From a virus (lineage: Duplodnaviria > Caudoviricetes): a stretch of DNA of 64,000 bases. Location of the stretch: positions 20,783 to 84,782 of the IMG/VR virus record IMGVR_UViG_3300005934_000002; one strand, given 5' to 3'. Position 1 is the first letter of the stretch. The number at the start of each line of letters is the position of its first letter. Of this stretch, positions 21,174-31,022 are shown piece after piece. The notes beneath the pieces are model-generated. The model ran no database searches and was not told the DNA's origin. It worked only from the letters and a program-made list of their open reading frames with translations. The translations under genes and the position numbers were made by a program.

Positions 21174-21358
21174 AGTTAGCAGACAAAAAGATATTTTTTC
21201 TTTTAAGTCTTTTAGTTATAGGACTACTTGTAAGTTTAGGAGTGAATAGTTACTTACTGTCCGAAATTGGCGACATAAGAGAAATACTTGACGCTCAATT
21301 TGAAGTAATAAGACGCTTAATGGAAATGCAAGGTTTTAGATTCGAAGATTCAGCATGA
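21170..21358 (+). CDS. Small predicted single-pass membrane protein (62 aa)
   Basis: Hydrophobic IFFLLSLLVIGLLVSLGV; ATGA overlaps with both neighbours. Confidence 0.55.
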   Translation: MKLADKKIFFLLSLLVIGLLVSLGVNSYLLSEIGDIREILDAQFEVIRRLMEMQGFRFEDSA

Positions 21359-22725
21359 GCGAAGTAGATAGAATTAAAGAGGTAATGCCCGAGATTGATA
21401 AAATCTCTCCAACATTTTGTTTGGCAAAGTGGCATCACGTAACAATATATTTGCAGACAGGCGAAACACACAGTTGTTATCATCCTGCTCCGCACAAAAT
21501 ACCTCTTGATGGTCTTATAGATAATCCAAGTCAACTACATAATACTCCGCAAAAAAAGCAAGAACGTAAAGAAATGCTCGAAGGCGGAAAACCTTCTGGT
21601 TGCCAATACTGTTGGAATATTGAATGTATGGGTAAAGATTATGTAAGTGATAGGCATATTAAGACAGCAAGTATATACAGGCCAGATCGTATAGAAGAAA
21701 TTACAAGTAATCCTTGGGATTATAACATTAATCCAGAATACATAGAAGTTAATTTTAGTAACGAATGTAACTTTAAGTGTGGATATTGTCATCCTAAGTT
21801 TAGTACAAGTTATTATAATGAAATTAAAAAATACGGACCTTATAAAACCAGCACTACTCATAGAAACGATATTGACTGGTTTGAACTATATGAAGAAAGC
21901 AAAAACCCTTACGTAGAGGCATGGTGGAAGTGGTGGCCTGAAGTTAGTAAAACACTTAACATTTTACGTATTACAGGCGGCGAACCTTTAATGCATCGTA
22001 GTACATGGGAACTATTTGATAGGTTAGAAAAAGATCCTAAGCCTCATATTCAAATCGAACTTAATAGTAATATGGGTGTAAAAGAAAAACTTGTTAAAAA
22101 ACTTGTAGAGCGTATTAAACATCTCAAAGAAAATAATTGTATTAGAAGTTTTAAACTTTATACAAGTATAGATACATGGGGTGCAAAAGCAACTTACACA
22201 CGTAGAGGTTTAGATTTAGCATTATGGGAACGTAATCTTGATTATTATTTGACTAATCTTGGGTATCCAGTTACGTTTATGATCACATTTAATTTGTTTG
22301 CAGTAACAAGTTTTGACAAACTACTTAAAAAGATTCTTGAATGGAGATCTAAATATAATAAAAACAACAAAACACAGTGGCAAAATATTAGATTTGATAC
22401 ACCATACTTAAAAGAGCCTATCCAGTTTGATATGAATATACTGCCTAAAGAACAGTTTATGCCTTATATGACTAAGCATTTAAAATTTATTGCAGAACAT
22501 ACAGACGATAATGATAGAACAAAATTTAGTTTATTAGAATATGAAAGATTTCGTAGAGTTGTAGATTATATGCGTACTACTGAATATAATGAAGAAAAAC
22601 TTTTAGAAGGACACAAAAATTTTTATAACTGGTTTAAAGAGTATGATGAAAGAAGCGGAACTAAACTTACTGAAGTGTTTCCTGAATTAGAATCTTTTTA
22701 TTATAATTGTAGTTCTAAAGTATAA
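21355..22725 (+). CDS. Radical SAM enzyme 1, N-terminal twitch/SPASM-like Cys motif
   Basis: CNFKCGYC; GGEP; N-terminal FCLAKW...HSCYH...GCQYC. Confidence 0.9.
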   Translation: MSEVDRIKEVMPEIDKISPTFCLAKWHHVTIYLQTGETHSCYHPAPHKIPLDGLIDNPSQLHNTPQKKQERKEMLEGGKPSGCQYCWNIECMGKDYVSDRHIKTASIYRPDRIEEITSNPWDYNINPEYIEVNFSNECNFKCGYCHPKFSTSYYNEIKKYGPYKTSTTHRNDIDWFELYEESKNPYVEAWWKWWPEVSKTLNILRITGGEPLMHRSTWELFDRLEKDPKPHIQIELNSNMGVKEKLVKKLVERIKHLKENNCIRSFKLYTSIDTWGAKATYTRRGLDLALWERNLDYYLTNLGYPVTFMITFNLFAVTSFDKLLKKILEWRSKYNKNNKTQWQNIRFDTPYLKEPIQFDMNILPKEQFMPYMTKHLKFIAEHTDDNDRTKFSLLEYERFRRVVDYMRTTEYNEEKLLEGHKNFYNWFKEYDERSGTKLTEVFPELESFYYNCSSKV

Positions 22726-23740
22726 CATTATTGTTATAAATTTCAAATGCAAGTTTTTGATTGTGTGTTAAAATATCATCCATTTCATTAAGCATCTCTT
22801 TACATTCATCAATACTTAACATTTTAATACTGTCTAACAAATAGCGTATCTTATTCATACGGTAAGTATGATTTTCTTCAGTATCGTAACTTTCGTCCCA
22901 CGTAAATGTTTTAAATCCTAATTTGCGTATATACTCTAATGTATAAGGCGGAGCAACACATATAAAAGGGCGTTTATGTATCATTGCATTTACAGTTTTT
23001 TCGCTGAAGTTTCCTGTAGGCTGATAGAAACGTGTTTCGTTTGCAACTACACAAAAACTTTTTTCATAATACTCAGATAAACTTGCTGGACCGTTAACTT
23101 GTCCTTCCGGCCATTTTTTATGTGCAGGGTCTACACTTTCTAATTTGCTGTCTATACTTAATGGAGGATTAGTAAATGCCCAACTGTAATAACCTGGAGT
23201 ATCTTGTAGATGTTCTATAATTAAACGCCTGTGTAAACTATAACGCCAGTTGGGACAAATAAAATGTTTATCGATATTGTTTTTTATAGTGATGTTTCCG
23301 CCATTAAATTGATTACGTAAAAATATATCAAAACATTTTAATTCAAACGGATATGTTGTTATATGTTTTTCTATATTGTAATCACAAGTATATACTGTAA
23401 TTTTTGCTTTTATTTGTTTACTAAAATCTTCGATACTATCTAATTCATCTGCACGTAAATTTTCGCCACCTTTGAATTCACTAAAAAATCCTCTATTATG
23501 TGTTTTACCTTCTTCGTAAAAACTTAAAGGCTCGTACAAGTAAATGTCTAATGTTTTTAATTTATTAATTAGTTTAGGTGTAAGTGGGAACTTACTAAAG
23601 TCTATTTTATTAGTTCCAGTAAAGATTATATAAGGGCGTTCAGTTTTCCAATGTTGAAATAATTCGTGAAACATTTTTCCTGATTTATTACGCAAACTTT
23701 TAGTTGGCAAGTTGCCCCAGAAAATATCTTGAGTAAACAT
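22715..23740 (-). CDS. Hypothetical protein, possibly glycosyltransferase-related (ET...SEKT...PF family)
   Basis: C-terminal VANET...FSEKT...RPFI...LGFKTF motif shared with 26480. Confidence 0.5.
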   Translation of the reverse strand: MFTQDIFWGNLPTKSLRNKSGKMFHELFQHWKTERPYIIFTGTNKIDFSKFPLTPKLINKLKTLDIYLYEPLSFYEEGKTHNRGFFSEFKGGENLRADELDSIEDFSKQIKAKITVYTCDYNIEKHITTYPFELKCFDIFLRNQFNGGNITIKNNIDKHFICPNWRYSLHRRLIIEHLQDTPGYYSWAFTNPPLSIDSKLESVDPAHKKWPEGQVNGPASLSEYYEKSFCVVANETRFYQPTGNFSEKTVNAMIHKRPFICVAPPYTLEYIRKLGFKTFTWDESYDTEENHTYRMNKIRYLLDSIKMLSIDECKEMLNEMDDILTHNQKLAFEIYNNNVIL

Positions 23741-24244
23741 TTAATAATATGTGCCTGTTATTTGTAAAGTATATCTTGGGTCAACGCCAATGTTACTTGC
23801 GGCGTGTGGAGCATCGGCATCCCATAAAACATATTCGCCTGCTTTATAATTTACAACTCCTACTCCTTCAACTTCGAAATAGTGGCCTGGTTTCCATTCT
23901 TCTAAAAATACAATAGCACGTCTAACATCTACTCTTTGTTTTTTAAATACTTTACAGTATGTGTTGAAATGATCTACGTGTACAGGCATAATATCTAAAG
24001 TATCCATTCTATAAAAAACAAATCCCGGATCTTTGAAATTTAATAATCTTGCAACTTGTTCAGTCCATTCAGGCATAGGATTTTTACTATCGTACATTTT
24101 ACCTGTTGTTGTATCGTGTGTATAACCTTGTTTCCGCCAGGTATCTGCTTCTTCACCTGTAATAGGTTGTCTTACATATTCAAAATTTTTGTATTCATCT
24201 TTCCAGAAAACAGGAAGAAAACCTCTATAAAACATCTCTTTCAA
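23741..24244 (-). CDS. Putative Fe(II)/2OG oxygenase (HxD...H)
   Basis: PVHVD...PHAASN...RYTLQIT facial-triad pattern. Confidence 0.65.
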   Translation of the reverse strand: MKEMFYRGFLPVFWKDEYKNFEYVRQPITGEEADTWRKQGYTHDTTTGKMYDSKNPMPEWTEQVARLLNFKDPGFVFYRMDTLDIMPVHVDHFNTYCKVFKKQRVDVRRAIVFLEEWKPGHYFEVEGVGVVNYKAGEYVLWDADAPHAASNIGVDPRYTLQITGTYY

Positions 24245-25193
24245 TATCCAATGTTACGCAGTGAAAACCACCGCCAAGTGTTCGTTGATGCCTCATTGGC
24301 AACATAGCACATTCAATACCTTGTACTTCAAGTGCTTTACGTAGTGGCTCTTGATTTTTTTCAAGTGCAACTAACTTAGTATTTACACTAAAAAGATTCA
24401 TGTTAATCCAAGTACTTGCATTACACCATCTTGGATAATGACCTATGTCAACGGGATCCGGACACCATATAATATCCCAGTTTCTAAACGGTTCAGGTAA
24501 GTCGTTTTTGTTTTTAATTCTACTTGGGTTAGCAAGTAATAATCCTTCACGTAAAAAAGCAACAGTGCTGTCAATGTGCATATAACTATAAACATCTTGT
24601 AATAGATGTACTGTTGCTGTATTTCCTAATGCTTCTTGTAAAAGTGTAGCACCTAATTTGTTTCCGCTATTGCTAACAAGATATAGAACGTCTTCATTAG
24701 CACGTATAATATTAGCGGCATCAAATGCAGGCTCAAATTCGTTTAACGCAAGTACATCTTTATCTCCAATACAATCTGTATTATACAATTTACTTTCGTG
24801 ATAGCACGGAACTTGAACAGGACTTTTTAAGTGATGTTCAAATGCCTTCCATTCGTGCTTCCTTGCTCTAATAGGCATTGGTGTTGCAAGTGTTAAATCC
24901 CCGTGTACAAATACCGAGTCTCGAGGACAATAATTATAATAGTTACAATCAGTAGCATCAGGACGTACAACCTCAACTGATTCTCCTTTTAAAAAATTTA
25001 CAAAGACTTCTAAGTCTTCATTTGCTTCATCTATTACTTGCTGTGGATAAGATCCTTTTTGGATTTCGCTTTCGTCGGTTTTATCTGCAAAGTTTACACA
25101 ACGTAAACTAATATCAATGTCAATAGGAATCTTTGCATTATCTGCAATACCAACAATTACTTTTTTTAATTGACCCCATTCATTTTTAGACAT
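24225..25193 (-). CDS. Amidinotransferase (glycine / inosamine-phosphate amidinotransferase family)
   Basis: NEWGQLKKVIVG, CPRD, FDAAN (catalytic Asp), MHIDST (His), GGGFHCVTLD (Cys): complete triad of the pentein amidinotransferases. Confidence 0.9.
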   Translation of the reverse strand: MSKNEWGQLKKVIVGIADNAKIPIDIDISLRCVNFADKTDESEIQKGSYPQQVIDEANEDLEVFVNFLKGESVEVVRPDATDCNYYNYCPRDSVFVHGDLTLATPMPIRARKHEWKAFEHHLKSPVQVPCYHESKLYNTDCIGDKDVLALNEFEPAFDAANIIRANEDVLYLVSNSGNKLGATLLQEALGNTATVHLLQDVYSYMHIDSTVAFLREGLLLANPSRIKNKNDLPEPFRNWDIIWCPDPVDIGHYPRWCNASTWINMNLFSVNTKLVALEKNQEPLRKALEVQGIECAMLPMRHQRTLGGGFHCVTLDIERDVL

Positions 25194-25863
25194 ATGATAC
25201 TCTTCCAGGCCAGTGTTTTAAAATAAGATCTTCAACTTCAAGATTACTCATCCTTGAGTTTTCGCCTTTAATTTGTTGTACAATCGTTTCCATATGAGTA
25301 CACCAATTTTTAGTTGATTCTTCTAATTTATATCCTAAGTGGGGATAAACAAACTTAGAAACATAATTCATATGTTCTAAAATACTTGGGTGTTGATCTC
25401 CGTATACAGATTTTGTATTAGGAAAAATATTATTATGACCTGGTAAATTTTCTTTTATTTTTCTTATGTGTCCGTTAAAAATATTGTTAGTAAATTGTTG
25501 TACAAAAGCATTACCTTGTAAAATAGCAGTTTTGTTTCTTATATTGTCGTTTTCCTCACTCCAGTGATTTTTTAAATAATCATCTGAATAGTAATCACTG
25601 TTTAATATATTACCTTCAGTAATCCATTTATCTTCTTTAAATAAATCAACTCTTGTCCAACTACTCCACAATATGCAAATAATATCTTCGTTTGTAAAAT
25701 TATGTTTTTCATTTGCTTCAACTAATCTACAAGCAATACCTTGATTGCCCATTCCTGCTTTTGCATAATTATGAGTTTCACAATCTAAATCTTTAGAAAT
25801 AATATCACTCCAAGTAGGCCAAATATATTCTGTATATGAACAACCAAATGTAAACAATCTCAT
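25186..25863 (-). CDS. SGNH/GDSL-like protein
   Basis: N-terminal LFTFGCSYTE...N.A..G.GN and late DQHP motif; paralogs at 28611 and 61899. Confidence 0.5.
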   Translation of the reverse strand: MRLFTFGCSYTEYIWPTWSDIISKDLDCETHNYAKAGMGNQGIACRLVEANEKHNFTNEDIICILWSSWTRVDLFKEDKWITEGNILNSDYYSDDYLKNHWSEENDNIRNKTAILQGNAFVQQFTNNIFNGHIRKIKENLPGHNNIFPNTKSVYGDQHPSILEHMNYVSKFVYPHLGYKLEESTKNWCTHMETIVQQIKGENSRMSNLEVEDLILKHWPGRVSYV

Positions 25864-26444
25864 TGAAAAACTCCCATGGAAGGCAAATAAGGATAATCGT
25901 CACTTGTCCATAACTTATCCGGATTAACAGTTTTTAATTTTTCAATACCAAGTTGTGCAGTTTCAGGAGTCATATAGTAGTGATATCCTATTTGTTTTAT
26001 ATCTTGTTCTGCCCAAGGTTTGTCGTCAGTTCTACCATCGTATGCCATTTGCTTAAGAACTTGATAATCCTGTTCTGTAGGACAAAGTATTGCACCACCT
26101 CTACCAAGGCTTAACATTTTTTTATGTTGGAAACTTAAACACATTAATTGTCCTCGAATGTAACTTTCTTTTGCAAAATTTACAGCACCGTCAATGATTC
26201 TTGTACCACCAATAAAATAAAATCCCACCCAATTGGCATTTACAAAAGACCAATCTAAATTAAGTTTCATTAGTGTAAAAGGAATACTAATGTAAGTTCG
26301 TGTAGGAATGGTTAACTTTACTTGTGGATTGTCATATCTTAAAGAAAGTTCTATTGCATGGGTACAACTATCAACAGCAACAGCGTATGGAGCACCATAG
26401 TAATCTGCTATTTGTTTTTCGAATTCTTTGACTGTTTCAAACAT
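25860..26444 (-). CDS. Short DegT/DnrJ/EryC1/StrS-family PLP aminotransferase (194 aa)
   Basis: AVAVDSCTHAIELSL, PTRTY, IIDGA, LSFQHKK (PLP Lys), GRGGAIL, GYHYYM; about half the usual family length. Confidence 0.8.
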   Translation of the reverse strand: MFETVKEFEKQIADYYGAPYAVAVDSCTHAIELSLRYDNPQVKLTIPTRTYISIPFTLMKLNLDWSFVNANWVGFYFIGGTRIIDGAVNFAKESYIRGQLMCLSFQHKKMLSLGRGGAILCPTEQDYQVLKQMAYDGRTDDKPWAEQDIKQIGYHYYMTPETAQLGIEKLKTVNPDKLWTSDDYPYLPSMGVFQ

Positions 26445-26449
26445 ACACG

Positions 26450-26457
26450 TATTTATA
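26450..26457 (-). promoter_or_regulatory. T4-consensus late promoter TATAAATA driving the minus-strand 26444-22715 unit
   Basis: Exact TATAAATA on the minus strand, 5 nt before ATG 26444. Confidence 0.65.
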
Positions 26458-26467
26458 TACGCAGTTA

Positions 26468-26474
26468 ATAAGTA
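26468..26474 (+). promoter_or_regulatory. Putative late promoter variant ATAAGTA, divergent from 26450
   Basis: ATAAGTA-TATAT-GTG(26480): same spacing as the TAAATA sites; ATAAGTA also occurs at 51662-51668 (-). Confidence 0.45.
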
Positions 26475-26479
26475 TATAT

Positions 26480-27430
26480 GTGAGTGAAAGCATGAATTTA
26501 ATATTATGGCATAGGTCTTGGAACCTGCAAAAATTATTGGATAAAATCCAAAATAATTCTAATCAGATGATTAGAGTATTAGGTGCTGAAGAATATGCTA
26601 TAATGGGTTGGGACGATCCTAATAATGAAAAAATACTTAGACAAATTAAAGAAGAAATATCTGCTTCTTCTAATACTGTTGAGTTTGTTTGTGGCGGATT
26701 TCCTACAAGCAACTCTTTTCATCCAGGGAAAAATGTAACATATTGGACAACATTTTGGCCAACTAAAACTTGGTATGAACTTAACAAATGGGGTCATGTT
26801 GCAAATAATAATAAGTTTACAAAAGCATATGTCAATCTAAATAATAAGCCTTGGCGTTTTCGTTGCGAAATGCTCGATCAATTATCTAAAAGAGATTTAA
26901 TTTCTAAAGGTGCAATTAGTTGGAATGAAACAAACAGAGATTATGACTTTAAACATTGGAAACAAGAACGTTTAATAATTGATCCAGAGTACGCTGAAAC
27001 TACAGAACAATATGGTTCTTTCCCACCGGCGTTTCTTGAAAGTTTTATGAGTCTTGTAAACGAATCAACAATGGACACAATTTTTCCTACAGAAAAAACT
27101 TACACACCTATCTATTTTAAAAAACCATTCTTAGTTTGGAGTGTACCTAATTTTCATAAGGCACTACAAGAATTAGGATTTGAATTATATGATGAAATTT
27201 TTGATTACAGTTTTGATTCAATTGAAGATAATAAAAAGAGATTAAATGCTATTTTAGATCAAGTTGAAAGTATTGTAGATAAAGATTATCAAAAGTTGTA
27301 TAATTTGGTTGCAGAAAAAGCAGAAAGAAACTATAATATACTAAAGAATATTAGGTTTGATATCAGCAAGGTACCTAACAGCATCTTGCAATTTGGCGGT
27401 TACGAACAATTAGTTAAGGATATGAAATGA
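26480..27430 (+). CDS. Hypothetical protein, possibly glycosyltransferase-related (ES...TEKT...PF family)
   Basis: LVNES...PTEKT...KPFL...LGFELY motif shared with 22715; start is GTG 26480 or ATG 26492. Confidence 0.5.
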   Translation: MSESMNLILWHRSWNLQKLLDKIQNNSNQMIRVLGAEEYAIMGWDDPNNEKILRQIKEEISASSNTVEFVCGGFPTSNSFHPGKNVTYWTTFWPTKTWYELNKWGHVANNNKFTKAYVNLNNKPWRFRCEMLDQLSKRDLISKGAISWNETNRDYDFKHWKQERLIIDPEYAETTEQYGSFPPAFLESFMSLVNESTMDTIFPTEKTYTPIYFKKPFLVWSVPNFHKALQELGFELYDEIFDYSFDSIEDNKKRLNAILDQVESIVDKDYQKLYNLVAEKAERNYNILKNIRFDISKVPNSILQFGGYEQLVKDMK

Positions 27431-28614
27431 GTACAATAGGATTTATTGGTGTAGGTAAATTAGGTGAACCTTGCGCCACTGAAATAATTAAAAAAGGTCA
27501 TAAGGTAAAAGGTTATGACGTTTCTTCTTTCAATAGTGAACATATTGAAGTAGCAGAAACTATTAAGGATTGTGTAAAAGATACAGACATTGTATTTGTT
27601 GCAGTACCAACACCACATCACCCAGACTATGACGGTAGACGTCCTACAAGTCATTTAGAGCCTAAGGACTTTGATTATTCTATTGTAATTGATGTATTAA
27701 AAGAAGCAAACAAACATATGAACAAAAAACAGTTGCTTGTTTTAATATCAACTGTATTACCTGGAACAACACGTAGAGAATTTGTTCCACTTGTAAACAA
27801 TACACGTTTTGTTTATAACCCTTATCTAATTGCAATGGGAACTGTAGGTTGGGATATGGTCAATCCTGAAATGATTATGATTGGCACTGACGACGGTAGC
27901 GAAACAGGTGACGCAAAACAGTTGCGTGATTTTTATGATACAGTAATGGAAAATAATCCACGTTACGTTATAGGAACATATGACGAGTGTGAATGTATTA
28001 AAGTTTTCTACAATACGTTTATTAGTACAAAACTAAGTCTTGTTAATATGATGCAAGACGTAGCACAAAAACAAGGTAACATTAATGTTGATATAGTTAC
28101 CAAAGCACTTGCTGATTCGACAATGCGTATTATGAGTGATCGCTACATGACAGCAGGTATGGGAGATGGTGGCAGTTGTCACCCAAGAGATAATATTGCA
28201 CTACGATATATGGCAAAAGAATTAGACTTGCAGTATGATATCTTTGATAGTATTATGACAGCAAGAGAAGTACAAGCAAAAAATCTTGCAAAATTTGTTG
28301 TTGAAACAAAAGAAAAGTTTGGTGGCAGTATTATATTAAATGGCATTTCATATAAACCGGGTGTAAGTTATATTGACGGAAGTTATGCACTTCTTGTTGA
28401 TCATTATATTAAAGAGTTAGGACACTCTGCAATTTATATCGATCCATTAGCAAGTGAAATGCCAAGTAGTGCGGCATCGATAGGAGGTATTGTTTTAATG
28501 TGCCATCCTGAAATGTATTTAGACTATTCAACTGACAGTATTATTATTGATCCTTGGAGACAAGTAGCGAAGAATCCGAAGTATATGGTGATACATTATG
28601 GAAACACAAGATGA
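27427..28614 (+). CDS. UDP-glucose/GDP-mannose dehydrogenase family protein
   Basis: GFIGVGKLG Rossmann motif, FVAVPTP, ISTVLPGT, YNP, KVFYNTFISTK, GGSCHPRD (catalytic Cys). Sugar substrate unknown. Confidence 0.9.
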   Translation: MSTIGFIGVGKLGEPCATEIIKKGHKVKGYDVSSFNSEHIEVAETIKDCVKDTDIVFVAVPTPHHPDYDGRRPTSHLEPKDFDYSIVIDVLKEANKHMNKKQLLVLISTVLPGTTRREFVPLVNNTRFVYNPYLIAMGTVGWDMVNPEMIMIGTDDGSETGDAKQLRDFYDTVMENNPRYVIGTYDECECIKVFYNTFISTKLSLVNMMQDVAQKQGNINVDIVTKALADSTMRIMSDRYMTAGMGDGGSCHPRDNIALRYMAKELDLQYDIFDSIMTAREVQAKNLAKFVVETKEKFGGSIILNGISYKPGVSYIDGSYALLVDHYIKELGHSAIYIDPLASEMPSSAASIGGIVLMCHPEMYLDYSTDSIIIDPWRQVAKNPKYMVIHYGNTR

Positions 28615-29408
28615 GATACACTAAGTCACAACCATTGCTATACTTTCCTGGCAAAGCAGGAAAAACTTTACAGTGGTATAATGGTGACGATTTAGAAAAC
28701 TATAATGAAAGCAATAAACCTGGCTGGAATTATTTTGGTACTAAAGACACATTGTTTTATGAATTTAACAGTTTAGGTTATAGAACAAGAGAATTAGATA
28801 AACTTAATGATTATATTCTTGTGTTTGGTTGCAGTTATACAGAAGGTACCGGATTATTCGAAAATGAAATATGGTGTAACGTATTAGGCAACGAATTAGG
28901 AATAGATATTTTAAATTTAGCAAAAGCAGGAACAGGGCCTGACGTTGTAAATCTTAACACACAATTATTTGTAAAAAATAAATTTGTAAAACCTCGTGCA
29001 GTTATTAATCAATGGCCGCAATCTACAAGAAAAAGTTTTGCTTATATAGAGCGTGAAGGACTATTTAAAAGACAATTAAGATTAGAAGATCGTAATGTTA
29101 ATAACTGGGTAGCAGGTGAAAATGCTGACAGCGATTGGTATTTTAACAGATGGTTAATGGAAGACGGTCAATTAGAATATGAAAACAGTTTGCATATTAA
29201 TAGTGTAACCAACCTATGGAATGCTTTAGGAGTTCCTGTTTTCAATTGGACCTTTGGCGGCGACTTTATGACAAAGTATAACAAAGAAATGGTATCTGTT
29301 TTAAAACTTGAAAACACAGACAGAGCAAGAGATAATGCACATGATGGTCCGTTAATACATAAAGAAGTAGTAGAAAAGATTAGAGATAAAATTGAATGTA
29401 TGATATAG
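28611..29408 (+). CDS. SGNH/GDSL-like protein
   Basis: LVFGCSYTEG...NLAKAG...AHDG; probable start is ATG 28611 (ATGA overlap) rather than 28554. Confidence 0.5.
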   Translation: MRYTKSQPLLYFPGKAGKTLQWYNGDDLENYNESNKPGWNYFGTKDTLFYEFNSLGYRTRELDKLNDYILVFGCSYTEGTGLFENEIWCNVLGNELGIDILNLAKAGTGPDVVNLNTQLFVKNKFVKPRAVINQWPQSTRKSFAYIEREGLFKRQLRLEDRNVNNWVAGENADSDWYFNRWLMEDGQLEYENSLHINSVTNLWNALGVPVFNWTFGGDFMTKYNKEMVSVLKLENTDRARDNAHDGPLIHKEVVEKIRDKIECMI

Positions 29409-30085
29409 TGTTTATAAGTTATGGCGAACTTAACGCTGATAATAATTGGGAAATTTTAAAAGAACAATTTCCTATGGCTAAACGTGTGAAAGATATAAAC
29501 GGTATTCATCAAGCACACATTACCGCGGCTAAAAAATGTTTTACTAAAATGTTTTGGGTAGTAGATGGAGATGCAGAATTATCATTAAACTTTCAATTTG
29601 ATTATAAGGTTTCTGAGTGGGATTTAGAAACAGTTCATGTATGGAGAAGTATAAATCCTATAAACAACTTGGAATATGGATACGGTGGTGTGAAACTTCT
29701 CCCTCGCACACTCACACTGAACATGGACACCACCGTACCCGACATGACAACAAGTATTAGTAATAAGTTTAAAGCAGTAGACGAAGTGGCAAATATTACT
29801 GCATTCAACACTGATCCTTGGAGTGCATGGAAAAGTGGATTTAGAGAATGTGCAAAACTTTCAAGTAAAGTTATAAAGGGCCAAGTTGATGAAGAAACAG
29901 AAAAAAGATTAGATACGTGGTGTACAGTTGGTGCTGACAGAGAGTATGGCAAGTATGCTATTCATGGCGCACAGTGCGGAAGATACTTTGGTCAAGCACA
30001 CAAAGACGATAAAGAAATGTTACATAAAATTAATGACTTTAAATGGTTAAAGGAGCAGTTTGATGACTACGAAGATACCATTTAG
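29396..30085 (+). CDS. Glycosyltransferase-like protein (GT-A, VDGD motif)
   Basis: DIVFISYGELNA...WVVDGDA...AWKSGFRECAK; paralog of 20274. Confidence 0.55.
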   Translation: MYDIVFISYGELNADNNWEILKEQFPMAKRVKDINGIHQAHITAAKKCFTKMFWVVDGDAELSLNFQFDYKVSEWDLETVHVWRSINPINNLEYGYGGVKLLPRTLTLNMDTTVPDMTTSISNKFKAVDEVANITAFNTDPWSAWKSGFRECAKLSSKVIKGQVDEETEKRLDTWCTVGADREYGKYAIHGAQCGRYFGQAHKDDKEMLHKINDFKWLKEQFDDYEDTI

Positions 30086-31022
30086 TGATATAGTTCGATT
30101 CGGACAAAAAACAATGTTAGATACAAATCTGTTTTCAGTCAGTTGGATTATTGGTCGTTTTTGTAATTACAAATGTAGTTACTGTTGGCCTTACGCAAAT
30201 ACAGACAAACCAGACTATTATGATTTAGCAACGTATAAAGACACAATAGATGAAATAAAATACCAAGCAAGGGCAAATGGGTTTGATAGATTTCATTTTA
30301 GTTTCAGCGGCGGTGAACCTACAGCATATAAAGACTTGTTAAAATTAATAAAACATTATGAAGATTTTGAAAGTCCTTACTTGAGTATACACATGACCAG
30401 TAATTGTAGTCCTGCAAAAAGTTGGTGGAAGAAATGGTTAGATGTAACTCATGTCATGGATAGAAGAAGTATTACAGCAAGTTTCCATGCGGAATTTGCC
30501 AACGAAAAAGAATTCGGAGATAAACTTTTATATCTCCAAGACGAAGGAGTACTTATAACTATTAACCAAGTTATGGTACCTGAACATTGGAAGGAATATT
30601 ATGAAAGAAGTAAAAGATTCATTGAAAGAGGTTTGCACGTTACTCTTAAGCCGCAATCAGATCCTACTGCGTCATTTGTTGTCGATGGTTACACGGAACA
30701 ACAAAAAGAAATACTCCAAAACGAAAGCGAACAAAATGTACCTCAAGTCAGGTTACAAGACTCTCAAGGAGTAGAATACGAAATCGATCAAGCGGAAAGA
30801 TTCAATGCATTTGGCTTCAACAAGTTTAAAGGTTGGAATTGTAATGCAGGATATCAAAGTTGCATCATTAGGGGCAATGAAGTAAAACGTGCATACAGTT
30901 GTCACGATGTTCCATTGGGAACAATAACAGATGGTTTTCAATTATTTGATACACCTAAAAAATGTATTACACCGAGTTGCGTTAGTAGTGCGGATAGTAA
31001 AATACCAAAGAGTAAAAAATGA
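30060..31022 (+). CDS. Radical SAM enzyme 2, C-terminal twitch-like motif
   Basis: CNYKCSYC; SGGEPT; C-terminal WNCNAG...SC...CITPSC. Confidence 0.9.
   Translation: MMTTKIPFSDIVRFGQKTMLDTNLFSVSWIIGRFCNYKCSYCWPYANTDKPDYYDLATYKDTIDEIKYQARANGFDRFHFSFSGGEPTAYKDLLKLIKHYEDFESPYLSIHMTSNCSPAKSWWKKWLDVTHVMDRRSITASFHAEFANEKEFGDKLLYLQDEGVLITINQVMVPEHWKEYYERSKRFIERGLHVTLKPQSDPTASFVVDGYTEQQKEILQNESEQNVPQVRLQDSQGVEYEIDQAERFNAFGFNKFKGWNCNAGYQSCIIRGNEVKRAYSCHDVPLGTITDGFQLFDTPKKCITPSCVSSADSKIPKSKK

Noticed and set aside
24225-25193. Calling the amidinotransferase an archaeosine synthase
   Set aside because: Motifs are pentein-family (AGAT/StrB1), not ArcS, QueF-like or Gat-QueC.
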